The notes beneath the pieces are model-generated. The model saw only the letters and a program-made list of their open reading frames with translations. It searched no databases and was not told the origin of the DNA. The translations under genes and the position numbers were made by a program. Below are positions 49,429 to 59,872 of a stretch of 64,000 nucleotides of DNA, piece by piece. The stretch is from Pedobacter sp. (lineage in GTDB: Bacteria > Desulfobacterota > Desulfuromonadia > Desulfuromonadales > Syntrophotaleaceae): positions 576,001-640,000 of the forward strand of contig JBFWJC010000001.1 in assembly GCA_050253415.1 (NCBI GenBank), given 5' to 3'. Position 1 is the first letter of the stretch. Every line of letters begins with the position of its first letter.

Positions 49429-50615
49429 TACACCCGTGGCGCGGCATGTGTCTGATTTTATTGGTCGGAGCACTTGTTTTGGCAGCGGTGTTGCCGGTAA
49501 CGGCCGCACCGCGAATCCGTGCCGCCCAGGTAAGCTACTTACCCAGCCGCAACTATCCGGAAGTCGCCGCCGAGTTTGCGCGCATGCGCCGCTTGGGGCT
49601 GGATACCGTGATTTTCCGGGTATTTCAGCGCCCCGGTGATCGTTATTTCCCGTTTGTGCAGCCGCAGGGAAAAGCCGGAGTTTATTTTGCCACCGACGCC
49701 GCGCCGGTAGTAGCCGATGTTCTTGGTTCGATCACGACGTTGGCCCATGCCGCCGGGCTCAAGGTGTTCGCCTGGATGACCACCCTCAGTACGCCGTTGA
49801 TCGAAAGGGATGCCTGGTGTGGCCGGCGCTACGATCCGGCCAGTGAGCGGATCGTACCCTGCGAAGCACTGGATCCCTTTCGTCCGGAGGTACGGCAACG
49901 CCTTGCCACCCTGTTCAGGGACCTGGCGCGTTACGATATCGATGGGGTGTTGCTGCAGGACGATCTGGTGTTGCGACAGACCGAGGGGTTTTCCAGCGCC
50001 GCTCTGGGCGTTTGCTTGCGCGATACCGGTCGAATACTGTCACCTGCGCAGCTTTTTCCCGAGACGCAAAAAGATGCGGATGGCAAAGTGCGCGTAAGCC
50101 GTCTCGGAGCCCCGTTTTACGATTGGGCACGCTGGAAAAACCATAGTCTTTTGCAGTTGGCTGCCGAGATGCGGACCGCCGCCCGGCAGGTGCGACCCGG
50201 CCTGCCTTTTGCTCTGAATCTACCTTACGAGGTATTGACCGCACCGCATCATGGCCTGGCTTGGTTTTCGCAGGACTTTTCCCTGGCCCTGGGTGCGGAC
50301 TTTGATTATCTGGCGATTATGGCTTATCACCGGCAGATGGCTGCGGAACTGTCCGTGCCTGTCGAAGAAGCTATCGCCCAAATAGGAAACCTGGCCGTTT
50401 CCGGGGTGCGTGGCACACGCGACCCGGCCGGGTTGTTACTTAAACTGCAGACGCGTGATTTTGTCAGTTCCCGGGATGTGACTGCCGATGAACTGAGACA
50501 CCTTATGTACAGTGCTGAACGTGCCGGGCCAGTAAGTCTGGCTTTTTTTCCCTACCGCGATTCTCTGGAAGTCATGACTGAGAAGGTGGTGCCAAATAGG
50601 ATTGAGGAGGAGTGA
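49425..50615 (+). CDS. Secreted PgaB C-terminal-like (GH153/GHL13) glycoside hydrolase
   Basis: Signal peptide; motifs parallel the PgaB C-domain ([33 protein letters not shown]); no CE4 domain. Confidence 0.7.
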   Translation: MIHPWRGMCLILLVGALVLAAVLPVTAAPRIRAAQVSYLPSRNYPEVAAEFARMRRLGLDTVIFRVFQRPGDRYFPFVQPQGKAGVYFATDAAPVVADVLGSITTLAHAAGLKVFAWMTTLSTPLIERDAWCGRRYDPASERIVPCEALDPFRPEVRQRLATLFRDLARYDIDGVLLQDDLVLRQTEGFSSAALGVCLRDTGRILSPAQLFPETQKDADGKVRVSRLGAPFYDWARWKNHSLLQLAAEMRTAARQVRPGLPFALNLPYEVLTAPHHGLAWFSQDFSLALGADFDYLAIMAYHRQMAAELSVPVEEAIAQIGNLAVSGVRGTRDPAGLLLKLQTRDFVSSRDVTADELRHLMYSAERAGPVSLAFFPYRDSLEVMTEKVVPNRIEEE

Positions 50616-51097
50616 TGAGTGATCGTTTGACCCATCTTGATGAAAACGGCAAAGCGGTGATGGTGGAAGTCGGAGAAAAAACCGCCACCAGTCGTACCGC
50701 GATCGCCCGTGGTGAAGTCCGTATGAAAGAATCGACCCTGCAACTTATTATGAGCGGTGAAGTGGCCAAGGGCGATGTATGGGCGGTCGCGCGGGTTGCA
50801 GGCATTATGGCCGCAAAAAAAACCCCCGAATTGATCCCCTTGTGCCATCCTCTATTGCTTACCTCTGTGACGGTTGATTTCACCACCTTTCCCGGTGAAG
50901 GTAGAGTCGAAATCGAGGCCAAGGTGCGTGTCACGGGCCAGACCGGTGTGGAGATGGAGGCTTTGACAGCCGTTGCCGCTGCAGGGTTGGCGATTTACGA
51001 TATGTGTAAGGCGGTCGACAAGGAAATGGTGGTCTCCGAAATACGCCTGATGGAAAAACATGGCGGTAAGAGCGGTACCTTTCTCCGTCAGGAATGA
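50615..51097 (+). CDS. moaC: Cyclic pyranopterin monophosphate synthase
   Basis: LTHLD..G...[38 protein letters not shown]. Confidence 0.96.
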   Translation: MSDRLTHLDENGKAVMVEVGEKTATSRTAIARGEVRMKESTLQLIMSGEVAKGDVWAVARVAGIMAAKKTPELIPLCHPLLLTSVTVDFTTFPGEGRVEIEAKVRVTGQTGVEMEALTAVAAAGLAIYDMCKAVDKEMVVSEIRLMEKHGGKSGTFLRQE

Positions 51098-51312
51098 TCG
51101 GAAGATAGCGGGTGACTGTTGCATGCTGCGAAATTCCTGATACTGTTCCGTGCGGATAGTCTTAGCAAGTAATTTTGATCCGTTCATGGATCCCTGATGA
51201 GAGAAGTCAGGCAACGTTGCTTTGGGCTGGAAAGAGAAGACAGGATTGACCGCATGGCTGGCTTGGCAGGCGTGCGGGCTTTTTGCAGGAGGGCTGATGG
51301 AAGGCAGGTACC

Positions 51313-51843
51313 ATGGAACCTGAGATGCCAATGGTGTTCGCGATTCGTCGGGCGTTTGTATGGTCGCTTGGAGTGTTGCTTGGAGTGCTGGTCGCTCTGG
51401 CGATCCTCTGCATTGTTCAGGGACAGCCCGGTATTAAAATCGGTTTGCTTGGCCTTATCATTTTGCTGTTGAGTGTCTTGCTGGGTGCCAGCTTGTCCCG
51501 GCGACTCGTGGTTGATGAGGACTGTGTTGTTTTGCATCGTCTCGGGCAAACCAAAACCCTGAGATTTTTTGATATGACGGCGGTGGAATCCCTGATGCTG
51601 CGCAAAAGGGTATTTTTGACCCTTTGTGCAGGGGAGGAGTTCATCATTTTATCCAATGCCTATGGTGATTTCCCCGCGCTTGTCAAACTGCTGCTTGCCA
51701 AGGTTCCGGCGCAAAGCATCAGCGATGACACGCGCAGCATGGCTGTTGCGCCACCGGTGCGCCATGGGGATATCGTATCTTGCTGGCTTGCGATCGCGTT
51801 GGTGCTGGTGATCCTTTGGCATCAGTTGTCCACCGGCAGCTGA
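51313..51843 (+). CDS. Hypothetical membrane protein (bPH-like)
   Basis: Two N-terminal TM helices, a beta-rich soluble region and one C-terminal TM. Confidence 0.7.
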   Translation: MEPEMPMVFAIRRAFVWSLGVLLGVLVALAILCIVQGQPGIKIGLLGLIILLLSVLLGASLSRRLVVDEDCVVLHRLGQTKTLRFFDMTAVESLMLRKRVFLTLCAGEEFIILSNAYGDFPALVKLLLAKVPAQSISDDTRSMAVAPPVRHGDIVSCWLAIALVLVILWHQLSTGS

Positions 51844-51856
51844 TGGCCCATTTTTG

Positions 51857-51885
51857 TTGACTTGACAATCGATTTCATTTACATT
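51857..51885 (+). promoter_or_regulatory. Sigma70 promoter for dksA
   Basis: TTGACT-N17-TACATT. Confidence 0.55.
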
Positions 51886-51915
51886 TTCAAGCTCAAATAG
51901 CACAAGGAGAATTGC

Positions 51916-52272
51916 ATGGATCAGGAAACATTGAAAGAGTTCAAGGGGCTCCTTGAGTCTCAGTTGGAGACGCTGTTGCGGGATGCCGGCAAGACCGTAT
52001 CGGAAATGACCGACGACCAAACCAACTTTCCCGACCCTACCGACAGGGCTTCTCTGGAATCGGATCGTAATTTCGAGCTGCGCATTCGTGATCGCGAACG
52101 CAAGTTGATCATGAAAATTCGCCAGGCTATAGAGCGTATCGATCAGGGAACTTTCGGGGAGTGTGAATGCTGTGAAGAGCCGATCGGCGTTGATCGCTTG
52201 CGTGCTCGTCCGGTAACGACGCTTTGCATCGACTGCAAAACCGAGCAGGAGCGCAAGGAAAAGATCGGCTAA
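51916..52272 (+). CDS. dksA: RNA polymerase-binding protein DksA
   Basis: FPDPTDRASLE, RDRERKL, CECC..I...RL.ARP...LCIDCK. Confidence 0.95.
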   Translation: MDQETLKEFKGLLESQLETLLRDAGKTVSEMTDDQTNFPDPTDRASLESDRNFELRIRDRERKLIMKIRQAIERIDQGTFGECECCEEPIGVDRLRARPVTTLCIDCKTEQERKEKIG

Positions 52273-52288
52273 ATTTTCTGCCAAAGGG

Positions 52289-54619
52289 ATGACTGGTCCG
52301 GGGAGTGCGATGGTCTGCAATGGTTACTCGATCCTCCATGAAGTATTGCGCCATGCCAGTAGTGCGCAAATTCCCCCTTTGGAAAAATGCAAAGATATAT
52401 TAGCTTTACTGCAACGCTCCTTGCCATTGGCGGGAGCGTTTTTTTGGTATCCGGAAAAATTTTCCAGTCACGGAAAAAGGTTTCTGTCCGCGAGTGGTTC
52501 CGACGCATTTCCCCCCTGTGAATATCCGCTATCTTACACCACGGATCATATATCGGACCTTTGTCTCGCAGCTCCGGAAGCCGGCGCTCTTCATTACCCC
52601 GCCGTCGAATCCGGTCGTGATCTCGGTGTGCTCACCCTGGTTTTTTGTGGCCCTCTCCCCACGGATACATCTTCCGAACTTTTAGGACCGTCCATCAGTC
52701 TGATCCTTGCCGGTTTGGTGCGCCAGCACCTTGAGGACTGCCAACATCACCAGCAGTTGCAGGGGATGATGCTGTTGTCCGAGCTCGCTCGAGCGCTTGG
52801 CGGTACTACCGACTTGCCATCGGTGCTGGAGGCACTATGGCTTGTTATGGAGAAAGGCGGTGGCGTGGCATGTGCTATTTTGCGTTCCATGCACGGTGCG
52901 ACGGTTTTGGGTCAGCCTCAGGTACGAATAGTGACGCACCGTCAGGCCGATCTGCCGATTTTCGAAAAAATGGAGTCACAGCTTGCTTCCTGCATCCTTA
53001 AGGATGGAAAGGTGACATTTGTCTGCGGGGAAGGCGCGCAGAATGCTGTCATTGGTATGCCTCTGCTGTTTCAGGGGCGCATAATGGGGACCCTGTTTTT
53101 GGCGGAGGATGGACGTAGCGGAGCCTTGGGGTTGTCGCCATCCGAAGGCAACAAAGCTTTTTTCGATAGCTTGGGGGTGCAAATAGCGCAAACTCTTGAG
53201 CGTATCGAAGCCTTTCAGGATCGGGCTCACCTGCTTGAAGAAAATACCCATAAGCTGCATGAATTTTCCTTGTTGTATCGCATTTCACGGGCCATGCACG
53301 GAACTTTGCGGCTTGACGAACTGATGCACCTTATCCTGTCGGCTGTCACCATCCCATGGGGCGGTGGTTTTGAGCGTGCCATGCTGTTTCTGGCCAATGA
53401 GCGTAGTGGCGTTTTACAGGGCATGGTCGGGGTGACTCGCATATCGGCCCGTCATTTATTTCCCCGGGAAGAAGCCGAAGTCGAGTGGGAACTGCCGCTG
53501 ATAACCGAGGATATTCGGGAACGCCAGCGGCAGGATGCTTTTTGTCAGCTGGTGGTTAAGCAGCGGCTACCATTGTCGGTTGAAGACAACCCCCTGGCCC
53601 GCGCTCTGGCCCAGGATAAGCTCATTTTTCTTACCGATACGCATGTCTTTCAGGGTGCATTCGGACGATTGGCGGAGACTCTTGCCCTCAATGCGTGCGC
53701 TTTAGTGCCGTTAAGAGGCCGCAGCCGTGCCTTGGGGGTGTTGGTCGTTGACAGTAGCTGTATGCCCCAGTCGGCGCTTGTTGAGCGGCGCAGGTTTCTC
53801 GAGCTGTTCGCTAATCAGGCTGCACAGGCCATGGAGAACTCCATGTTGCTGAATCGTCTTGAAACCTCCCACAGGGATTTGCGTGAGACGCAGGAGCGAC
53901 TCATACAAGGTGAAAAAATGGCCGCCTTGGGTGAAACTGCGGCTTCTGTCACCCACGAATTGCGCAATCCTCTGGTTTCCATCGGTGGTTTCGCGCGTCG
54001 TCTGGCTCGGTCGCTGCCGGAAGGTTCTTCGCTGCGGGAGTATAGCGAGATTATCGTGCGGGAAGTCCGGCGTATGGAAGATATGCTGACCAACATCCTG
54101 GGTTTTTCAAAAAAACAGATGTTGTGTATTGCTGATTGCGATCTGATCAAGGTCATTGAAGAAGTGCTGATGCTTGAGGAGGACGCTCTTCGCGAAGCGA
54201 ATGTGCAACTGGTAAGAGAATTCAGCGAGGATATCGCTGCCATCCAGGGAGATGAGCAGAAACTTCGTCAGGTTATGGTCAATTTGATCGATAATGCGCG
54301 GCAGGCCATGCGTGATGGAGGGGTGCTTATCGTTCGCGTTTACCGGGCTTCGTTACGGGGGGACCGGGCTGTGGCCGTAGAGATTGAAGATACCGGTGGT
54401 GGTATTCCGGCCAATATTCTGCGCAATATTTTTAACCCGTTTTTTACCACACGCAAGCAAGGTACCGGGTTGGGTTTGCCCATTGTGCATCGCATTATCG
54501 AACATCATCAGGGGGAAATCGAAGTTCAGAATACTGAACGGGGAGCGCGTTTTGTTTTGCGATTGCCGGAAGCTCCGCCCGTCTGTCAGACAATGGAGAA
54601 GCACAGGCCATTCCGTTGA
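52289..54619 (+). CDS. GAF-domain sensor histidine kinase
   Basis: GAF-like regions; EKMAALGE..THELRNPL, NLIDNA, DTGGGI, FNPFFTT, GTGLGL. Confidence 0.88.
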   Translation: MTGPGSAMVCNGYSILHEVLRHASSAQIPPLEKCKDILALLQRSLPLAGAFFWYPEKFSSHGKRFLSASGSDAFPPCEYPLSYTTDHISDLCLAAPEAGALHYPAVESGRDLGVLTLVFCGPLPTDTSSELLGPSISLILAGLVRQHLEDCQHHQQLQGMMLLSELARALGGTTDLPSVLEALWLVMEKGGGVACAILRSMHGATVLGQPQVRIVTHRQADLPIFEKMESQLASCILKDGKVTFVCGEGAQNAVIGMPLLFQGRIMGTLFLAEDGRSGALGLSPSEGNKAFFDSLGVQIAQTLERIEAFQDRAHLLEENTHKLHEFSLLYRISRAMHGTLRLDELMHLILSAVTIPWGGGFERAMLFLANERSGVLQGMVGVTRISARHLFPREEAEVEWELPLITEDIRERQRQDAFCQLVVKQRLPLSVEDNPLARALAQDKLIFLTDTHVFQGAFGRLAETLALNACALVPLRGRSRALGVLVVDSSCMPQSALVERRRFLELFANQAAQAMENSMLLNRLETSHRDLRETQERLIQGEKMAALGETAASVTHELRNPLVSIGGFARRLARSLPEGSSLREYSEIIVREVRRMEDMLTNILGFSKKQMLCIADCDLIKVIEEVLMLEEDALREANVQLVREFSEDIAAIQGDEQKLRQVMVNLIDNARQAMRDGGVLIVRVYRASLRGDRAVAVEIEDTGGGIPANILRNIFNPFFTTRKQGTGLGLPIVHRIIEHHQGEIEVQNTERGARFVLRLPEAPPVCQTMEKHRPFR

Positions 54620-55608
54620 GCTAAGCTTTATTGGGGGTGGTAGCAGAGGTTGAGAAAAAATGTCTTCGCAACGTTTGGATCAGAAAGGCGTAAATTCATT
54701 CTGATTCAAATAAACGGTAGAAAGGTCCGTGCTGAAAGTGCGGGCCTTTTTTTGTGCCGAATCCAGGAGGACTATGTGGGGGATGATCACTTGTCACCAT
54801 TAAGATATTGAGTATTGATGCAAGGCAGGATCGTCTACATTTTACCGAAAAATGTGAAACGATTTTTTGATTATCGCTAAAGAATTGAAATATCAAGCCG
54901 CATTGCATGTCAAAAATATAGCATTACTCAGCTCTAATCGACAAAAAGCACAATAATTGATATCAAAAAAAACCACGGTTTTGAAAGTTTTTCAGAAGGT
55001 CGGAAAATGGGTGTTCCCCCTTGGGGAATGATAGGAAAAAATTGTGCCTGACTTGCAAAATGGCAAGGGGCTGATATGCTGAAGAACATATGGGACTCAC
55101 TGGCAACCACCATAGTCCAATCCTTGGCGCGCATGGTTTTTTCCCTCCTGACCGGCGCGCATTTTTTTTGCCTTCTTACAGGTTTTTTGAAGGTGTAAAC
55201 TAAACAGCGTATGGGAGAAAAACATCGATTCGGATATGAATAAACAGGGGTAAGAGGTACTTCCGTTTTGGGTAAAAAACAGGCAGTCAGGTAGGGAATA
55301 ATTTGCTTGCAAGGTATAAGGTGCTCTGTTATAAGTACCAAAGTTGCAAAAAATGCCATGTCTGTAATACAATGTTCTATGCAAATCACAATGATGACAG
55401 ATAACGAATTGGCCAGGTTTTGCAATATGTGATGTCGATATTGCTCATGTTCCGTATGCGCAGGAAGGTTGGCCTGTGCATACAGCTAAAACGTAAATAA
55501 TCTCGGGTTATTCATCCGCACGCATCTGCTGTGCGGAGTCGCACTTGTGCGTTCTCTAGATGTTTGGGTAAGGTGAACAATCAACAGCAAAGACTAGGAG
55601 GATTAGGT

Positions 55609-56958
55609 ATGGCACAGGCAATGATCGATCAATTGGTAGCCAATGCTAAAAAGGCTGCCGCCGAATTTAAGACCTACACCCAAGAGCAGGTCGATAAGAT
55701 TACCGCGGCCATGGATGCGGCCAGCGTAGCTAACGAAGTCAAGCTTGCCGAGATGGCCGTTGAAGAAACCGGTATCGGTCGCGCTGACCACAAAGCCATC
55801 AAGAATCACCTCGGCGCTCATATCGTTTATGAGTATTTCAAGGACAAAAAATCCGTTGGTGTTATCAAAGAAGAAGAAGGCGTGAAGTACGTTGCCGAGC
55901 CTTTCGGCGTGCTGGCGGCTGCTACGCCGACCACCAACCCGACTTCTACCGTCATGTTCAAGTCTTTGATCTCCATGAAGACCCGCAACGTGATCATCTT
56001 TGCTTTCCACCCTCGCGCACAGAAGTGCAGCGCCGAAGCAGCCAAGATCATGTTGGACGCCGCTATTGCTGCCGGCGCCCCCAAGAATTGCATCCAGTGG
56101 ATCGAAACTCCTTCCATTGAAGCGACCGGTATGCTCTTCAACCATCCGGGCGTGAACCTGATTCTCGCCACCGGCGGTAACGCCATGGTTAAGTCCGCTT
56201 ACAAATCGGGTCACCCCGCTATCGGTGTAGGTGCTGGTAACACCCCCGTATTCGTTTCCAAGTCCGCCAACCTCAGTGTTGCGGTCAACAACGTTATCGC
56301 TTCCAAGACCTTCGACAACGGCACTATCTGCTCCTCTGACCAGTCGATGATCTTCGATGATAAGGAAACCTGCGACAAGGCCGTGAAGCTGCTGATCGAG
56401 CGCGGTGCTTACCTCGTCAAGCCGGAAGAGAAAGCCAAGCTCGAAGCGGTCATGTTCGACAAGGAAAGAGGCGTTCCGGCCATGCAGATCGTAGGCAAGT
56501 CGCCCCAGGCCATTGCCAAACTCGCTGGCATCACGGTGCCCGATGACGCTAAATTGCTCCTCGTGCCTTTGACCTGCATCGGTCATGAGGACTGGTTCAG
56601 CCATGAAAAACTTTCCCCTGTTCTCGGCTACATCGCCTTCAACAGCACTGACGAGGCGATCGACGCAGCCAAAAACCAGCTTCTTTGGGGCGGCGCCGGT
56701 CACACTGCCGTTGTTCATGCCCAGGATGAGAAAGTTCTGGAAAAGTTCGCCATGGAAATTCCCGCAAACCGCCTGCTGTTGAATCAGCCTGCGGTACACG
56801 GCAGCGTTGGTCTCATCTACAACAAGCTGCCGCCTTCATTGACCCTTGGTTGTGGTACCGATGGTGGTAACTATCTGGGCAACAACATCAACTACAAAGA
56901 CCTTTTGAGCATTAAGACCGTCGCATCCCGTATCGTTGATTACGAGCGTGATGAATAA
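55609..56958 (+). CDS. CoA-acylating (acet)aldehyde dehydrogenase (stand-alone AdhE N-domain type)
   Basis: PTTNPTST, HPRA, LATGG, GVGAGN, SKTFDNGTICSS, HEKLSP, SLTLGCG; RBS AGGAGG. Confidence 0.9.
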   Translation: MAQAMIDQLVANAKKAAAEFKTYTQEQVDKITAAMDAASVANEVKLAEMAVEETGIGRADHKAIKNHLGAHIVYEYFKDKKSVGVIKEEEGVKYVAEPFGVLAAATPTTNPTSTVMFKSLISMKTRNVIIFAFHPRAQKCSAEAAKIMLDAAIAAGAPKNCIQWIETPSIEATGMLFNHPGVNLILATGGNAMVKSAYKSGHPAIGVGAGNTPVFVSKSANLSVAVNNVIASKTFDNGTICSSDQSMIFDDKETCDKAVKLLIERGAYLVKPEEKAKLEAVMFDKERGVPAMQIVGKSPQAIAKLAGITVPDDAKLLLVPLTCIGHEDWFSHEKLSPVLGYIAFNSTDEAIDAAKNQLLWGGAGHTAVVHAQDEKVLEKFAMEIPANRLLLNQPAVHGSVGLIYNKLPPSLTLGCGTDGGNYLGNNINYKDLLSIKTVASRIVDYERDE

Positions 56959-57021
56959 TCTCAAAAGTAATTGCTTGGATGGCTATCCTTAAAGGATGTT
57001 GTCCGGCCTTGTTTGAAGAGT

Positions 57022-57061
57022 AAAAAGAGGGCCTCTCCCAATGGGAGAGGCCCTCTTTTTT
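57022..57061. terminator. Intrinsic terminator
   Basis: AAAAAGAGGGCCTCTCCCA-A-TGGGAGAGGCCCTCTTTTT. Confidence 0.85.
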
Positions 57062-57325
57062 CATAGTAACGTTGATCTCCAGCTAAAAACGGCTTAAGTG
57101 CGCATGTCTTTTCATGTAAGGTCTTTTGCAGGTTTGGTCAGCACAGCTGGCTAGAAATCCTGATGCTACGGAACTGGAGGATCCACTGTGGGTTTAAGGG
57201 TGTGCTAGCCCCTTCCAACGGAGACAATGTTATCCGAGGTTGCTTTAGCGATAGCATTTGGTGTAAGACTGGTCGGCAAGCCAAGATGGGTTTGGATCAG
57301 ATCGAATTCAATGGGGAGGTGAGGT

Positions 57326-57727
57326 ATGGCGGACAGCGGACAGCAAGATGATGCTAAGAAAAAGCGGGCCGGTTGGGCGCGCTGGGTTGATATTGTTCTA
57401 CGAAGCCTGCATATTGGTGTAGCAGGAGTTTTGCTGGGAGGGGTTATCTTCAAGCAACCGGTTCCTGTCCTGCATTACTGGGCCTGGTGGACCGCCGGCA
57501 CCGGTCTGGGATTGGTGGCTTCTGAAATTTACCATAGCTGGCGCTGGCCTTATCAGGGACGCGGGGTTATGGCCATGCTGCATATCGGTTGCGTCGCGGT
57601 TGTGCATGTGTGGATTCAACACGCGGAACCGCTGATGTGGGCGGCTTTGCTTATTGGTGGCGTTGGCAGTCACATGCCTCGTAAGTTACGTCACTGGTCC
57701 TTTCGGGATGGACAGGTCATGGATTGA
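57326..57727 (+). CDS. Hypothetical His-rich 4-TM membrane protein
   Basis: LRSLHI, MLH, SHMP..RHW; GGAGG RBS. Confidence 0.7.
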   Translation: MADSGQQDDAKKKRAGWARWVDIVLRSLHIGVAGVLLGGVIFKQPVPVLHYWAWWTAGTGLGLVASEIYHSWRWPYQGRGVMAMLHIGCVAVVHVWIQHAEPLMWAALLIGGVGSHMPRKLRHWSFRDGQVMD

Positions 57728-57752
57728 AACAAGATCCAAAGTTGCATTGAAA

Positions 57753-57793
57753 ATAGAACGAGGGCGGAGACAGTGTTTCCGCCCTCGTTTTAT
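57753..57793. terminator. Bidirectional terminator
   Basis: ATAGAACGAGGGCGGA...TCCGCCCTCGTTTTAT between convergent genes. Confidence 0.7.
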
Positions 57794-57803
57794 ATGCGTT
57801 GAA

Positions 57804-58070
57804 TCAAGGGTGATCAAAAACCATCTGTTGTACGGATACACCGTCTATCGCATCAAGCTTTTGCGCAAGTTCCTTAACTTTCCCCGGATCACCAATCATT
57901 TCAAGAAGGATCAAGCCAAATCCCGCACAGAATTGTCCCGTTACCTCATGCAGGCCAATGCGGGTCTTAATGTTGCAGCCGTAATCGGTCAAGAGCTGTT
58001 GAACATCCGAAGCTCGCTTGATGCGGTCATCTACATGAATCCCAACGATGTAGTGCGTATCCTGCGCCAT
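57804..58070 (-). CDS. Small ACT/NikR-C-like protein (TM1266/HydG-associated regulator-like)
   Basis: GI.V..R...A..VQ.LLT.YGC.IKTR.GLH pattern; AAGGAG RBS. Confidence 0.7.
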   Translation of the reverse strand: MAQDTHYIVGIHVDDRIKRASDVQQLLTDYGCNIKTRIGLHEVTGQFCAGFGLILLEMIGDPGKVKELAQKLDAIDGVSVQQMVFDHP

Positions 58071-58139
58071 GATGTACTCCTTTTGATAAAGAGGTGGATT
58101 GTGGAACGCAAGGCCTCTGACCGGCTGTGGCCAGAGAAT

Positions 58140-58736
58140 TTATTGGGCGAAAGGCTGACATGCCGCAACGGCAACCTCCGAGGGAGCTTTCCGATCATTG
58201 GGGGCTTCCGCGGCCAGCAGGTCTTCCGGCAGGTCTTCGGGACTATCGCGTCGGCCGATGGCAATGGCAGCTACTACGGTATATTTGTCCGGGTCGACGT
58301 GTAACTGTTGATAGGAACGTTCCAGGTCAAAGCCCGCCATGGCGTGCGCATAGAGCCCAAGACGCCTGGCTTGTAAGGCCAATGACAACCAGGCTGCTCC
58401 CGTGTCGAATAAGGCATGGCGATTTTCCTTTCCAGACTGGGCAAAATGCCGTCGTGCGAGCAAGAATAACAACAACGGGGCCTTGCAGGCCCATCGACGG
58501 TTTTTGGGGACAAGCAGGTCGAGGAACATTTCGCGATGCTGGGCGTTGGCAGGATATACGAACAGCCATGGTTGTTCATTAAAGCAGGATGGGGCCCAGC
58601 GAGCAGCTTCAAACAGAGTCTGAATCTGATGATCGGGCAGAGCGTCCTGTTTGAAGGCGCGTGGAGACCACCGATCGGTAAAAATACAGTCGACATCGCA
58701 GGCGGGAACTCGGGGCGAAACAGTACTTTTTGTCAT
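58140..58736 (-). CDS. Nitroreductase family protein
   Basis: RWSPRAF, AARWAPSCFNEQPW, FDTGAA, HAMAGF. Confidence 0.9.
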   Translation of the reverse strand: MTKSTVSPRVPACDVDCIFTDRWSPRAFKQDALPDHQIQTLFEAARWAPSCFNEQPWLFVYPANAQHREMFLDLLVPKNRRWACKAPLLLFLLARRHFAQSGKENRHALFDTGAAWLSLALQARRLGLYAHAMAGFDLERSYQQLHVDPDKYTVVAAIAIGRRDSPEDLPEDLLAAEAPNDRKAPSEVAVAACQPFAQ

Positions 58737-58932
58737 AGGGCCTCTCTGGTGTGCAAAAGGCACACGCTGCTATTTTATCAGTGCTAGCCATTTCAGCAAG
58801 TTCTGGCAAGCGGCGAGGAAGTCCCCGCACTTTTTGAATTAAATGCGACACCTCGTATAATTGAAATAAGTACCTTGGATTCTTTACCTTAGCGTAGGAC
58901 GTGGATGCCAGGCAATCTACCCGGGGGGCGTT

Positions 58933-59682
58933 GTGAAAAAAGGTATAGGCAAAGATTTTGTTGAAAAAACGAAACACAAATACCTTGAGCTAAGCGACCA
59001 ACAAAAGGGGCTTGCCCAGCCACCGCTTATCTGGCCGCGACAACAGGTAAATCCGGTAATTTCGTTACCTCATCCCGGCAATATGCCGATGAGTCCGGTG
59101 GATTTGCGAAATCTTATCGTTCAGCGGGCCAGCCTTCGAGAATATTCTGATAAGCCTTTGACCCTGGCTGAATTATCCTACCTGCTTTGGTGTACTCAGG
59201 GGGTAAAACTTATTTACGGGCATCAGTTAACTTTGCGGACGGTTCCTTCAGCTGGAGCCCGGCATGCATTGGAGACAGTGTTGCTTGTCAATCGTGTTGA
59301 AGAGCTGGAACCCGGGGTCTACAGGTATCTTCCGGTCGAGCACGCGTTGGAAGCCATTTCGACCCAGACCGATCTAGGGGGCCGTTTTGCAGCGGCCTGT
59401 TTTGGACAAACCATGTTGATGCATTGTGCCACGGCATTTGTTTGGGTGGCGGTACCTTACCGCATGACTTGGCGATATGGTGAGCGTGGCTATCGTTACC
59501 TGTATCTCGATGCGGGTCATGTGTGCCAAAATCTTTACCTGGCGTCTGAAGTTATTGATGCCGGCGCCTGCGCGGTGGGGGCCTTTGACGATGATAGCCT
59601 GAATGCCTTGCTGGGATTGGATGAGTCGGAATCCTTTGTCATATACCTGGCAACGGTCGGGAAGAAGCCGGTTGGCAGTTAA
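58933..59682 (+). CDS. SagB/ThcOx-like nitroreductase-fold dehydrogenase
   Basis: R.S.REY, LRTVPSAGARH, WRYGERGYRY.YLDAGH..QN, GAFDDD. Confidence 0.88.
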   Translation: MKKGIGKDFVEKTKHKYLELSDQQKGLAQPPLIWPRQQVNPVISLPHPGNMPMSPVDLRNLIVQRASLREYSDKPLTLAELSYLLWCTQGVKLIYGHQLTLRTVPSAGARHALETVLLVNRVEELEPGVYRYLPVEHALEAISTQTDLGGRFAAACFGQTMLMHCATAFVWVAVPYRMTWRYGERGYRYLYLDAGHVCQNLYLASEVIDAGACAVGAFDDDSLNALLGLDESESFVIYLATVGKKPVGS

Positions 59683-59872
59683 ATGGAAAACGACGGTCTT
59701 TTCTTTAGGTATAAACGTTTGTGAACTATGACAGCGATGCTCACAATATGGGCAGGTAAGGGTAGCGTCGTCATAGTTCTATGCCAGGCCCTGATGTGTT
59801 AAGGTGAAAGCATCTATAGGGTTTTTCACGCCGGTTATTGGTGGTTTTCGGGGACAACGGAAGCAGGTAAGC

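Noticed and set aside
55410..55424. Sigma54 promoter TGGCCAGGTTTTGCA (similar case near 35763)
   Set aside because: GG-to-GC spacing is 9 nt, not the required 10.
57140..57230. c-di-AMP (ydaO)-like words GAAATCC..GGAGGATCC
   Set aside because: The 3' conserved CCCGUCAGCUAAC block is missing.
58933..59682. RiPP (thiazole/oxazole) biosynthetic cluster
   Set aside because: Stand-alone SagB-like gene with no YcaO or precursor peptide nearby.
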